Assembly: GCA_963836295.1 (NCBI GenBank)
Contig: CAWIIY010000004.1
Coordinates: 26,962-90,961 of the forward strand
From: an uncultured Acidobacteriaceae bacterium
GTDB lineage: Bacteria; Acidobacteriota; Terriglobia; Terriglobales; Acidobacteriaceae
DNA: 64,000 nucleotides
Direction of reading: 5' to 3'
Under the pieces are notes generated by a model, which made no database searches, had not been told where the DNA came from, and saw only the letters and a list, made by a program, of their open reading frames with translations. Shown one piece after another: positions 27,796-37,984 of the stretch. The translations under genes were made by a program, and so were the position numbers. Each line of letters begins with the position of its first letter. Positions within the stretch are counted from its first letter, which is position 1.

Positions 27796-29436
27796 GTGAG
27801 GATTGCACTCGGCCAGATCAACACTACAGTCGGCGATCTTCCGGGCAATTCTGCAAAGATCATCGATTATGCGCGACGGGCCAGAAGCGCCGGCGTCGAT
27901 CTTATTCTTTTTCCTGAACTAAGCGTTTGCGGCTATCCGCCGCGCGACTTGGTAGAGCGCTCATGGTTCGTAGAGCGCAACCAGCAAGCTGCGGAAGCGA
28001 TTGCCCGCGAGACCCAGGGGATTGCCGTGATTTGCGGCTTGGTGACTCCGGCCAGATCGGACACCGGCAAGTCCGTGTTGAACTCGGCGGCGCTGCTGCG
28101 TGATGGAAAGATCGACGCCATCCAATCCAAGCGTCTGCTGCCCAGCTACGACGTCTTCGACGAGATGCGCAATTTCGCTCCAGCCGAACGCCAGCAGCTG
28201 CTGGCGTTCGACGGCAAGCAACTCGCGCTCACCATTTGCGAGGACGCATGGAATGACAAGAATTTCTGGGACCGCCAGTTGTACGGGGTGGATCCCGTCG
28301 AAGACCTAATCGATGCGGGCGGGCAAATTCTTCTGAACATCTCAGCTTCTCCGTTTTATCTTCGGAAACGCGAGCTGCGACGTGACATGCTGGCCGCCAT
28401 CGCCAGGCATTACCGTATTCCCGTTGCGTTGGTGAACCAGGTTGGAGGAAATGACAGCCTGGTGTTTGACGGATCAAGCTTCGCGCTGGGTCCTGATGGA
28501 CGCGTGATAGCGCAAGCCAAGTCGTTCGAAGAAGACATCGTCTGCTTTGATACTGAATCGCTTAACGGTGACATCCACTTGAGTGAGGAAGGGCTGGAGG
28601 CAAGTGCGTATTCTGCCCTGGTGTTGGGTACACGCGATTATGTGCAAAAGTGTGGTTTCCGGCAGGCGGTGCTGGGACTGAGCGGAGGTATCGATTCGGC
28701 GCTCACCGCCTGCATTGCGGTGGATGCGCTGGGCTGCGAGAACGTCATCGGGGTTGGCATGCCGGGGCCGTATTCTTCCCAAGGCAGTATTGATGACTCG
28801 GCCGCCCTGGCCGAAAATCTCGGCATTTCGTATGAAGTGGTGCCGATTGGCGAAATTTTTCATTCGTATTTGAAAGCTTTGAAGCCGATGTTCGCTGGCC
28901 GCGAGCAGGACGTGACTGAAGAGAACATTCAGGCGCGTATTCGTGGCTCGTTGCTGATGGCGGTTTCCAATAAGTTTGGCGCGCTCCTGCTCACCACTGG
29001 AAATAAGTCCGAGATCGGGGTGGGCTATTGCACGCTCTATGGCGACATGTGTGGAGGACTGGCGGTCATCTCCGATGTGCCCAAAACGCTGGTCTACCGT
29101 CTGGCACGGTACGTGAATTCGCGTTCGCCAGTAATTCCTGAGTCCACCATAGAAAAAGCTCCTTCTGCGGAATTGCGGCCTGATCAGAAGGACAGCGACT
29201 CGTTACCGCCATACGAAATTCTCGATACAATCCTGGAGGATTACGTTGAAGACAATCAGTCTCCCGATACAATTGCCGCGCAGCACAGCTACCACCCAGA
29301 ACTGGTGCGAAAAGTAGTTCGCATGGTGGACAAGAGCGAATACAAGCGCCAGCAAGCGGCTCTCGGCTTGAAGATTTCGACGAAGGCATTCGGCTTTGGA
29401 CGCCGCTATCCTATCGCCGTCAAGGCGGAGATGTAG
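27796..29436 (+). CDS. nadE: Glutamine-dependent NAD+ synthetase
   Basis: N-terminal nitrilase-like domain (FPELSVCGYPP, CED) plus synthetase domain (GLSGGIDSA). Confidence 0.9.
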   Translation: MRIALGQINTTVGDLPGNSAKIIDYARRARSAGVDLILFPELSVCGYPPRDLVERSWFVERNQQAAEAIARETQGIAVICGLVTPARSDTGKSVLNSAALLRDGKIDAIQSKRLLPSYDVFDEMRNFAPAERQQLLAFDGKQLALTICEDAWNDKNFWDRQLYGVDPVEDLIDAGGQILLNISASPFYLRKRELRRDMLAAIARHYRIPVALVNQVGGNDSLVFDGSSFALGPDGRVIAQAKSFEEDIVCFDTESLNGDIHLSEEGLEASAYSALVLGTRDYVQKCGFRQAVLGLSGGIDSALTACIAVDALGCENVIGVGMPGPYSSQGSIDDSAALAENLGISYEVVPIGEIFHSYLKALKPMFAGREQDVTEENIQARIRGSLLMAVSNKFGALLLTTGNKSEIGVGYCTLYGDMCGGLAVISDVPKTLVYRLARYVNSRSPVIPESTIEKAPSAELRPDQKDSDSLPPYEILDTILEDYVEDNQSPDTIAAQHSYHPELVRKVVRMVDKSEYKRQQAALGLKISTKAFGFGRRYPIAVKAEM

Positions 29437-29482
29437 ACACCCTCGCAGGTTAAACTTGCACTCTGGTTTCGAGAAAGGAAAC

Positions 29483-30412
29483 ATGAACCGTTGCACTGTC
29501 GTATTGATGACCACTAGTCTCGCCTTCGCCAGCCTTTACTCCAACGCCCAGCAAAAGCCGGCGACCGCGTCGAACGCGTCTGCGAAGTCCGCTTCCACCA
29601 CATCCACCAACTCACAGGGATCGCTTCCCAGCCAAGCCACATTCAACGCATTCCTGAAGCGAATGTTCGGATGGAACCAGGACCTCACCTGGAAAGTAGT
29701 GGATATAAAGCCGGCGGAGGCACCTGGTCTTTCGGAGGCAACCATTATCTTCAGCACGCCGAAAGGTCAGCAGGCTACGCGAATCTACGTGACCGCGGAT
29801 CAGAAGCATGCCTTTACCGGCGAACTCGTGCCCTTCGGCGCCGATCCGTTTGCCGAGGCACGCGAGGAACTGAAAAGCGTCAATGGCCCTTCAGAAGGAC
29901 CGAAGGATGCAGCCATCACCATTGTGGAATTCGGCGATTTGGAGTGTCCCGCGTGCAAGGCCGCGCAGCCGAACATTACCAAGCTGATGCAAGACGAGCC
30001 TAAGGCCCGGCTCGTGTTCGAGAACTTTCCCTTGGAGCAGATTCACAAATGGTCGCTGACTGCGGCGAAGTATGTGGATTGCCTGGGTCGGGCGAATAAT
30101 GATGCTGTCTGGAAGTTCATCGCAACGGTTTACGAACACCAGTCGGAAGTGAACGAGCAGAACGTCGACCAGATGCTGAAGGGTTATGTGAAGGATGCAG
30201 GCGGCGATCCAGATGCCATTGCCGCTTGCGCTGCCAAGCCGGAGACGGCGAAGCGAGTGATGGATTCGATGGCGTTGGGCAGAAAGCTCGGTATCGATAG
30301 CACCCCAACGTTCTTCATCAATGGACGCAGAATCGTGGGCTTCGGCGCAAATGTTCCCTACGACGCGGTAAAGTCAATGGTGGACTTCGAAGTAGCCAAT
30401 GCAGGAAAGTAG
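29483..30412 (+). CDS. DsbA-family thiol:disulfide oxidoreductase (secreted)
   Basis: Signal peptide; thioredoxin motif FGDLECPACK. Confidence 0.75.
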   Translation: MNRCTVVLMTTSLAFASLYSNAQQKPATASNASAKSASTTSTNSQGSLPSQATFNAFLKRMFGWNQDLTWKVVDIKPAEAPGLSEATIIFSTPKGQQATRIYVTADQKHAFTGELVPFGADPFAEAREELKSVNGPSEGPKDAAITIVEFGDLECPACKAAQPNITKLMQDEPKARLVFENFPLEQIHKWSLTAAKYVDCLGRANNDAVWKFIATVYEHQSEVNEQNVDQMLKGYVKDAGGDPDAIAACAAKPETAKRVMDSMALGRKLGIDSTPTFFINGRRIVGFGANVPYDAVKSMVDFEVANAGK

Positions 30413-30458
30413 TTTGTTGCTCACTATGGAGGTCGCCGCGCACTGGACGGCCAAGCCG

Positions 30459-32450
30459 TCAGTGTCCGCTGGGTAACTGCACAACGAACGAGTTCGCTTC
30501 TGACAGGCGAAGGATGTGGGGCGTGATGACCACCAGCAGTTCGTCTTCCATGTTGTTTTTGGTGTGCTCGGAAGCTGCGTACGTCAGCGCCGGGACTGTG
30601 CTCAGGAATGGGTATCCGCTTATGCTGCGGGCGTCGGCTGAGGAGATGAGGCCGGTCACTACACTGGACTCGCCACTCTTCAGCGTAATGCTGCCGGTGT
30701 ACTCGCGGTTGTTGATGATGGGAATGCCGTTCACCGTCTGCGTGCCCAGGGAGCGGATGTTCAACTCCAGCTTCAAAGTGACGTCCCGGTTAGTGTGAAT
30801 GACGGGGGTAGCCTTCAGGTTCAGCCCCAGGTCTTCATAGTTGACGGACGGGACGGGCGCAATGTAGCTCTGGTTGCCAAGCACTTGTGAGATGGCCGAG
30901 GAGTTGTAAATGGGAGCGAAGGTTGCATTCACAATAGGATAACGTTCACCCACCTTGAACACGGCAGCATCGTTCTGCGAGGCACGCAGCGTAACGTGAT
31001 CCAGGGACCGAATATCCGACTCATTCAGGTTGACCGCTACGGTAGCCCCGGTGCCTAAGCCAGTAAGCGCCATCAGCGTAAGACCGCCGCCGAAGGTGGC
31101 GAAGGGTGTCGACAAAATCGAGCTGGTTTGACTGGGGAGGGACGCCAGCAAAGCCTGGATAGTCTGCGAGTTGGCCTGGTTGATTCCGCCGGAAGCGATC
31201 AACTGGTTGATAAGGTTCTGAGAATTTTGTCCCAGACCCGCGATGAGCGACGGGTTGATATTGAACAACGTGAACTGCGGCGGAAGGGTCGTGCCGAGCT
31301 GCCTAAGGAAGCTGGAACTGACCTCATAGACCCGCAAGTCAAGCAAGACTTCAGGACGCCCGCCGGACAGGCTTTCCAGCAACTGTCCCGCCGCTTCCAC
31401 CACGGGCTCCTCCGCCCGCACCGAGATGGTGGATTGTGCCTTGTCGGCCGCTATATAACGCAGGTTAAAAAGCACACGGAGTGAGTTGGTCATCTCCGTC
31501 AGCTCCTGGTCGCCCGTCAGGTCGGGCAGATAGAATGTGCGCAGAGACATGCGTTCGTAGGTGCGCCGGTTCTCGATGGTGTCGGCTGCGAATAGCATTT
31601 GCCTGGCCGATAACGGCACCCAGAACGTCTTGGTGACACGTGTCGCCGCTTCCATCGCGGTAGCGAAGTTTACGTCTTCAATGTCGAATCGAACCCGCCG
31701 CTGCTGTACCGAGTCATCGAACTGAGCGGTTATCCCGTAGGCCCGTGCCACTTGGGTGAGCATGGCCCTGGCATCGCCCCGGAAGTGAAAGTCATGGCGC
31801 TTCGCAGCGGGCTGCATTTCGACCGGAGTGGACTGCTCCACGACGCGCATGTTTTCGCTCAGGGGTTTCTCGTCCAGCGGCATCGAGTCGCGCAGCCGCT
31901 GAAGTGCGTATTCGTTGGTCGGGTCGTATTCCAGCGCCCGCCGGAAGTTGGCCATCGCGACGACCTCGTTATGGTCGAGCATCGCCTGGTTTCCCTGCTT
32001 CAGGGCTTGCGTCACCAGTTGCTGGCGTGTGAACTCACGGGCTGTGAGGTATTTCACGTTGTGAGGTGCGAGCTGAGCGGCAAGTTCAAACTTCTCGAAG
32101 GCTGCGTCCAAGTTACCTGATGACTTCAGCTTCACACCCGCTTTGAATTGATGCTTGGCCGCAGCGACGTCTTTAGGGTCGTCGCGTGGAGCGGCCGATA
32201 TGCCAGGCTGTGCTGGCGCAGTTTGATTTGTCGCAGCCGCCTGCGAGGTCGGTGCTTGAGCGGGCGAATTGGTCTTGGAGACTGGCTTATTCAGCGGGGT
32301 GGAGTTACTGGGCTGAGGTACTTGCAGCGCGGAGGGGGCTGTCGTTGCCCCGTTCTGCGGGGCAGCCGTCGCGGTGGGCGCAGCAGTCTGCTGCCCAGCC
32401 AGAGTGCTCGCCATCGCAAGCCCAAGTAGGATCCCGGCCAAAAGACGCAT
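30459..32450 (-). CDS. Secretin (type II/III secretion / PilQ family) with N-terminal TPR region
   Basis: Signal peptide, Thr/Ala/Pro/Gln-rich linker, TPR-like helices. C-terminal secretin block NYEDLGLNLKATP...NGIPIINNREY...GYPFLSTVP...ELLVVITPHI. Confidence 0.8.
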   Translation of the reverse strand: MRLLAGILLGLAMASTLAGQQTAAPTATAAPQNGATTAPSALQVPQPSNSTPLNKPVSKTNSPAQAPTSQAAATNQTAPAQPGISAAPRDDPKDVAAAKHQFKAGVKLKSSGNLDAAFEKFELAAQLAPHNVKYLTAREFTRQQLVTQALKQGNQAMLDHNEVVAMANFRRALEYDPTNEYALQRLRDSMPLDEKPLSENMRVVEQSTPVEMQPAAKRHDFHFRGDARAMLTQVARAYGITAQFDDSVQQRRVRFDIEDVNFATAMEAATRVTKTFWVPLSARQMLFAADTIENRRTYERMSLRTFYLPDLTGDQELTEMTNSLRVLFNLRYIAADKAQSTISVRAEEPVVEAAGQLLESLSGGRPEVLLDLRVYEVSSSFLRQLGTTLPPQFTLFNINPSLIAGLGQNSQNLINQLIASGGINQANSQTIQALLASLPSQTSSILSTPFATFGGGLTLMALTGLGTGATVAVNLNESDIRSLDHVTLRASQNDAAVFKVGERYPIVNATFAPIYNSSAISQVLGNQSYIAPVPSVNYEDLGLNLKATPVIHTNRDVTLKLELNIRSLGTQTVNGIPIINNREYTGSITLKSGESSVVTGLISSADARSISGYPFLSTVPALTYAASEHTKNNMEDELLVVITPHILRLSEANSFVVQLPSGH

Positions 32451-32574
32451 CAGTGCTCAAATTGTATGCCAGTGGGTTCGGACCTTGTCCCGTCAGACGA
32501 TCAGGTTGAGTGTCCCGACAGGTTCACACACGAGGATTTGGCGTGCTAAACTTCACTCACATCGAGGGCTGAGG

Positions 32575-33030
32575 ATGAAAACGGTTTTGCGCAAGCTGAT
32601 GTTCGTGGATTTAATCAAGGGACTGAAAGTCACCTTCCGCAATCAGGACCCTAAGGAAGTCATCACCGAGCAATATCCGCTGCAGCGGCCTGAAGTCGCG
32701 GAACGTTTCCGCGGCGCGCCTCGCCTCAACAACAATCCCGAAACCAACGAGACTCTGTGTATTTCCTGCGATCTCTGCGCGCTGGCCTGCCCTGAACATC
32801 TTATCGTGGTGAACAGCGAGCGCAACCCCCACACCCGGCGCAAGGAACTGACGGACTTCACCTATGATTTGAGCCGGTGCATGTTCTGTGGTCTTTGCGA
32901 GGATGCCTGCCCTGTCGACGCGCTGGAGCTAACGCAGGACTTCGAGATGGCTAACTACAGCCGGGAAGGACTCATCTGGAACCGCGAGATCCTGGAGAAG
33001 GGCCCTGAACCGAACGTGTACCGGCGCTAG
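32575..33030 (+). CDS. NuoI-like 2x[4Fe-4S] ferredoxin (NADH-quinone oxidoreductase subunit I family), stand-alone
   Basis: CISCDLCALACP and CMFCGLCEDACP; FRGAPRL N-terminal region. Confidence 0.8.
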   Translation: MKTVLRKLMFVDLIKGLKVTFRNQDPKEVITEQYPLQRPEVAERFRGAPRLNNNPETNETLCISCDLCALACPEHLIVVNSERNPHTRRKELTDFTYDLSRCMFCGLCEDACPVDALELTQDFEMANYSREGLIWNREILEKGPEPNVYRR

Positions 33031-33182
33031 CGGCTGGGCGACCACGTAATTTCCTCGCGGGCCAAGCCCGACCCTCCCTGGCAGCCGGTTATCGCGGGCA
33101 GCACCTGAAGATTCTGCGCTTGACTCGCGCGCACTGTCTTAGATCCTGGATTTCTCCGTGCCCGTGCCTTTGTGGTGATGCC

Positions 33183-33728
33183 CTATTCGAAGATCAGGAT
33201 TGCCGCGGCGATTACTGTCGTCCAGCGTTCGTGCTTGTCACCGACCGCGCTCTGCGTGATGTTGGCAGTGCGCACGATTTTGTTCGATAGTCGATAGACC
33301 TCTTTCTTCTCGTCCCATGATTTGTCAGCGTCGAATTCCACATCGAGCGTAGTGGCAAGCATTTCGGCGGCAAGTTCTTCGGCGTAGTCCCCGGCTACGT
33401 CGTCGGTCTCGCCGAAGGAATGGTGCTCACTCAAATAGCCATAAGTGCTGTGATCGGCGGGAATCGCTACTCCAATCGAGGCGGCCGTCAGGCGATGGGG
33501 CTCGCGCGTGGAGTTCTCAGCCACCACCGCGAACGTTACCTCTCCCGCCGAGAGGTACTGCAGCCCGTCTTTGCGTGGAATGAGCTTGCAGTTGGGAGGG
33601 AAGATGGACGACACGCGCACCAGGTTCTGGGCGGCAATACCCGCATCGCGCAGCGCCAATTCGAAGGAGGTGAGCCGCTCCCTGTGTTTCCCCACGCCCT
33701 TGGTGAGAAAGATGCGCTTGGGGACCAT
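33183..33728 (-). CDS. pdaD: Pyruvoyl-dependent arginine decarboxylase
   Basis: [15 protein letters not shown]...[13 protein letters not shown]...VRVSSIFPP is the family pattern. Confidence 0.85.
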   Translation of the reverse strand: MVPKRIFLTKGVGKHRERLTSFELALRDAGIAAQNLVRVSSIFPPNCKLIPRKDGLQYLSAGEVTFAVVAENSTREPHRLTAASIGVAIPADHSTYGYLSEHHSFGETDDVAGDYAEELAAEMLATTLDVEFDADKSWDEKKEVYRLSNKIVRTANITQSAVGDKHERWTTVIAAAILIFE

Positions 33729-33857
33729 GTCTTTTGCCAATTTACATTCTCCAAAGCTAAAGATAGTTGTAACCGAATCGTTAAAAGTAACACACCAGAA
33801 CAAGACGATTGTGTGAAAACAGCATTAAAGGACAAGAATGGAGAAAAATGTTTGGGC

Positions 33858-34766
33858 TCATCGAACCGTGTTTGCTGCGGGTACCACGGCCTTCAGCTTC
33901 ACCGCAATATCAATGAACGCCAGCGCGGCGCGGCTGAGCGCCTTATCTTTGCGGAAGACCAGCGCCAGATCGCGTTGAATACTGGCATCCGCCAGCGTGA
34001 GCGCAACCAGCGCATTGGCTTGCAGGTCCTCCGCGACGTTGGAACGCGGAATGAACCCAATCCCGACATCGGCTGCGACAAAGCGCTTCAGCAGTTCACT
34101 GGAATCGAGTTCCATGGATATCCGCGGTTTCAGCCGGCGCTCGTGAAAGAGCGTCTCCAGCGTGTCGCGGGTGCGCCCCACCTTCGGTAGAAGCAGCGGA
34201 TACTCCACCACCTCAGCCAACGCCGCCTCGGCCTGTCCGGCTAGCGGATGATGGGGCGGCGTAATCACAATGAGTTCATCGCGATGGATGGGCACCACCG
34301 TCAGGCGCTTGTCGGGCACCGGCAAGGACACGACCCCGAAGTCACACGAGTTCTCGATGATCGCCTCTAGAATCTTGTTGTGCTCCAGCCGCTTGACGCT
34401 GACCGCGACACCGGGATACTGTCGCTTAAATTCGGCGAAAACTTCCGGCAGGATGTGCAGGCAGGTGCCTTCATTGGCGGAGACGACCAGTTCGCCACGC
34501 GGCACGCAATGCATCTCGGCCAGCGCGACCAGCACGACGCGGCGCTGCTCCAGCACGTCTTCGGCATACTTCTGGAATACTTTGCCCGGGCCGGTGACCG
34601 CCACTTTGCCGCCGCTGCGGTCGAGCAGCTTGGCTCCCACCTCCTCTTCCAAGGCGCGAATCTGCGATGAGATGGCCGGCTGGGTGCGAAAACGCCGCTC
34701 GGCCGCTCGCGAGAAGCTGCTGAGCCGTGCGACCTCCAAAAATGTCTCGAGCTGATCGAAGTCCAT
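33858..34766 (-). CDS. LysR-family transcriptional regulator
   Basis: N-terminal HTH LETFLEVARLSSFSRAAERRFRTQPAISSQIRALEEEVG. Confidence 0.9.
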   Translation of the reverse strand: MDFDQLETFLEVARLSSFSRAAERRFRTQPAISSQIRALEEEVGAKLLDRSGGKVAVTGPGKVFQKYAEDVLEQRRVVLVALAEMHCVPRGELVVSANEGTCLHILPEVFAEFKRQYPGVAVSVKRLEHNKILEAIIENSCDFGVVSLPVPDKRLTVVPIHRDELIVITPPHHPLAGQAEAALAEVVEYPLLLPKVGRTRDTLETLFHERRLKPRISMELDSSELLKRFVAADVGIGFIPRSNVAEDLQANALVALTLADASIQRDLALVFRKDKALSRAALAFIDIAVKLKAVVPAANTVR

Positions 34767-34780
34767 GAGAAACGCAGCAA

Positions 34781-34822
34781 TTAGCGATTAGCGGCTAGCG
34801 ATTAGCAACTAGCCATTAGCTC
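34781..34822. repeat. Six tandem heptamers TTAGCGA TTAGCGG CTAGCGA TTAGCAA CTAGCCA TTAGCTC
   Basis: Read directly, 15 nt upstream of the LysR start codon. Confidence 0.85.
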
Positions 34823-34870
34823 CAATCTTTCGAATTAGAGTTCGGAGCGCCGCAAGTTGGAATTTACACG

Positions 34871-35203
34871 TTACTGGAAAATTGCGGGTAGGTCGCTCAC
34901 CTCAATCCAATCTCTCAGCACGCTGGTCGCCTTTGGGCGGAGAGAGAAAAACCGTGCCGCACTTCCTTTTTTCCACGTCGCAAGGAGCATTTCACAGGCG
35001 CCGTGACGGCGGGCAACTCTGCGAAGGCGTTCTCCGTCTTCAGCGGTGGGCCTGGCTGCATAGCCCCCTTTGACCTGAATGAGGATTATTCGAAAGGCGT
35101 CGCCGCGTTTCGTGCCGCTCCGAGGCGGTCCGTGATCTTTACGAATTGCAATCAGGTCTACAACGCCGCGTGACTCGCGGCCATGAGATCCGCAGAAGTC
35201 CAC
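34871..35203 (-). CDS. PD-(D/E)xK nuclease-like small protein (N-terminus uncertain or disrupted)
   Basis: GVVDLIAIRKD...RIILIQVKGG resembles the D...(E/Q)xK core. Its frame is open upstream to 35260 with no good start. Adjacent ORFs in other frames may be displaced N-terminal pieces. Confidence 0.35.
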   Translation of the reverse strand: MDFCGSHGRESRGVVDLIAIRKDHGPPRSGTKRGDAFRIILIQVKGGYAARPTAEDGERLRRVARRHGACEMLLATWKKGSAARFFSLRPKATSVLRDWIEVSDLPAIFQ

Positions 35204-35712
35204 GAAGTGCCAACGCGGCCATGGTGCTTGGGCAACTGCTCGAACGGATGCGCACTTTGGTCATGGTCACCGCCCATTTTGATGTATATGCGGCAATCTT
35301 GAATCGCTTTTTGTATCCCGTGGTTTCCACTTGGGAACTCCGTTAGGGCAATTTGTGAACAACTGGCACCTCGATTGTACGAGTGGCGAGGCCTTTCGTC
35401 AGCGGAACCATGCATTTGCAGTTCATAAATGGGAATTATGCCGGTCATAAAAACATTGTATTAGCCACCCCCTGGAGCGCCGCGTATGCTGGATGTGTGC
35501 GCTTCGGGTGAGGGCCCGCAGCCACGCCAACTTCCTAACCCAATGCAGTTCGCAGTTCCGAAATCCTACACCGGAAGGTTGCACCACTCCGCCGGACAAA
35601 CTGGCGCAAGCGGGCAGGGCGTTCCGCAAAATTTTCACTGCAAGTCAACCGCCGTCCTCGCATGACGGACGCGTGCGCGCGTCCCGCCGAGTGACGGACA
35701 AGGAGATTCCCA

Positions 35713-37137
35713 ATGGCTGATACCAAGCCTGATCCCAAAGCAGTCCTGGCGTTTGTCAAGGAGAACAATGTGCAAGTGCTCGATCTGCGCTTCACCGACC
35801 TCCCCGGACTGTGGCATCACGTCTCTTATCCTATCGGGCAATTGAGCGAAGCGTCGTTCGAGGAAGGCTTCGGCATGGACGGATCGTCGATCCGTGGCTG
35901 GGCGGCGATTCATGAGAGCGATATGCTGCTCGTTCCCGATGCCACCAAGTACATGCTCGATCCCTTCACCGAGATTCCGACCTTGGTGATGGTGTGCGAC
36001 GTCATCGATCCCGTCACTAAGCAGCGCTACGACCGCGATCCGCGCTACATCGCCAAGAAGGCCGAGATGTATCTGGCCTCTACCGGCCTGGCCGACACCG
36101 CCTACTTCGGCGCGGAAGCCGAGTTCTTCATCTTCGATAACGTCCGCTTCGACCAGAACGAGCACGAGGGCTTTTACTTTATCGACGCCGAAGAAGGACG
36201 CTGGAATTCCGGACGAGTCGAAAACAACCTCGGCTACCGTCCGCGCTACAAAGAAGGCTACTTTCCGGTTGCTCCCACGGACCACTACCAGGACCTGCGT
36301 ACTGAGATGGCCATGACTATGCAGAATTGCGGGCTCGTGGTTGAGTGTCATCATCATGAAGTGGCGACCGGGGGGCAGACCGAGATCGATTTGAAGTTCG
36401 ATTCGCTGATCAAGTCGGCGGACGGAATGATGCTCTACAAGTACATCGTGAAGAATGTCGCCAACCAATACGGCAAGACCGTGACCTTTATGCCCAAGCC
36501 GCTCTTCCAGGACAATGGCAGCGGCATGCATACCCACCAGTCGCTATGGAAGGACGGGAAGCCGCTGTTTGCCGGTGACGGCTATGCCGGATTCTCGCAG
36601 CTCGGCTTGTGGTACATTGGCGGACTGATTAAGCACGGTCCGGCTTTGTCTGCCATTATTGCCCCCACCACCAACTCCTACAAACGCCTGGTGCCGGGTT
36701 TTGAAGCGCCGGTGAATCTGGCGTATTCACGTCGCAATCGTTCGGCCGCGTGTCGTATTCCGATGTATTCGGCATCGCCCAAGTCCAAGCGGGTGGAGTT
36801 CCGCCCCCCTGATCCGAGCTGCAATCCGTACCTCGCATTTTCGGCGATGCTGATGGCGGGACTGGATGGAATCGAGAACAAGATCGATCCCGGTCAGCCA
36901 CTGGACAAGGACATCTACGATCTCGGTCCAGAGGAACTGGCAAAGGTCCCATCCATGCCGGGCTCGCTGGAGAACGCGCTTGACGCACTCGCGCGGGATT
37001 ATCAGTTCCTGCTCAAAGGCGACGTTTTCACCGAGGAGATGCTGAACACGTACATCGACTACAAACGGGAGAAGGAAGTGAACGCCATGCGCTTGCGGCC
37101 GCATCCCTATGAGTTCCAGATGTACTACGACATTTAG
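35713..37137 (+). CDS. glnA: Glutamine synthetase type I
   Basis: 474 aa; [10 protein letters not shown] and the [15 protein letters not shown] region. Confidence 0.95.
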   Translation: MADTKPDPKAVLAFVKENNVQVLDLRFTDLPGLWHHVSYPIGQLSEASFEEGFGMDGSSIRGWAAIHESDMLLVPDATKYMLDPFTEIPTLVMVCDVIDPVTKQRYDRDPRYIAKKAEMYLASTGLADTAYFGAEAEFFIFDNVRFDQNEHEGFYFIDAEEGRWNSGRVENNLGYRPRYKEGYFPVAPTDHYQDLRTEMAMTMQNCGLVVECHHHEVATGGQTEIDLKFDSLIKSADGMMLYKYIVKNVANQYGKTVTFMPKPLFQDNGSGMHTHQSLWKDGKPLFAGDGYAGFSQLGLWYIGGLIKHGPALSAIIAPTTNSYKRLVPGFEAPVNLAYSRRNRSAACRIPMYSASPKSKRVEFRPPDPSCNPYLAFSAMLMAGLDGIENKIDPGQPLDKDIYDLGPEELAKVPSMPGSLENALDALARDYQFLLKGDVFTEEMLNTYIDYKREKEVNAMRLRPHPYEFQMYYDI

Positions 37138-37589
37138 GAATAACGAGTCAACGATTGAATTGATTTTGAAGTGAGTGCCCACGGCGCGCAAGCCGTGAGC
37201 GGATATGGAATCATGCTCCTGCTGTTAGGAACTTACGGCAGGGGCATTTTTGTTGGACGTTGTTCTTGCCGCGCACAGTTCCGGGTTACTGTGCCCGGCT
37301 CGCACCGGTAGAAGCGGCCTTCAAATCTCCGTCCAAGGGCGGGAGGAAAACCTCTTCAGCCAGGAATCGCGCAGACCACCTCAACACGGCAAACAGATCT
37401 ACCGACCACACTGGAAGTCCTCCGAGCGATACTCGATGGCCAGTTCCCCTCCCAGCCGAGTCGTCAATTTATTCTCAGTCGCATGCTCAGAGCCCGTGAG
37501 ACCGCAACGCATTTCTTAGTCAATTTTAATCCTAGCTCTAGCACCTTGCCCCGGAAGTTATGAATCTGCGCTAACCCTCGGACGCTGGT

Positions 37590-37754
37590 GTCCTGTAACA
37601 GTGGTTCGCTACAGAAGTCAGGCTCGCTTTGAAAGGGCCCAGCTTCAGCCGGGCCGCACGATTGCCATTGAAAAACTGGGCTTTAGCCCTCGGGGTTCGC
37701 AAACTTGGATCGATAACTTCCCCACAATTATTCTGCGAATCTCGGTTACAGGAC
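37590..37754. repeat. MITE/REP-like element bounded by the 10-bp inverted repeat GTCCTGTAAC / GTTACAGGAC
   Basis: Inverted repeat at 37590-37599 and 37745-37754. Internal GC-rich mini-hairpins GGCCCAGC-TTCA-GCCGGGCC (37636-37655) and GGGCT-TT-AGCCC (37678-37689). Confidence 0.4.
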
Positions 37755-37793
37755 GCTGGGGAAACTCTGATTCAGCCACCGCGAAGTCCCTCA

Positions 37794-37847
37794 GCGGCTA
37801 AAGCCGCAATGATTTTGCGCCAGTTACGGACGGCCTGAAGGCCGCCC
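37794..37847. repeat. Pair of GC-rich mini-hairpins (REP-like)
   Basis: GCGGCT-AA-AGCCGC (37794-37807) and GGACGGCC-TGAA-GGCCGCCC (37828-37847, one mismatch). Confidence 0.4.
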
Positions 37848-37984
37848 CCTTCGGGAAACCAGACTTAATCAGAGCTTCCCTAGAACGAAACTATTCGGAT
37901 CGACCAAGGCGGAAGGAGGAATTCTACCCGCGTTTTATAGTTGGCGCTAAGAATCTGCGGTTTTGAGAATGCAGATGGCAATAG

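Noticed and set aside
35449-35712. A sigma-54 promoter or glutamine riboswitch upstream of glnA.
   Set aside because: The TGG...GC candidates (CTGGAGCGCCGCGTATGC and TGGCGCAAGCGGGCA) have the GG-to-GC spacing off by 1-2 nt. No recognisable riboswitch fold was seen by eye.
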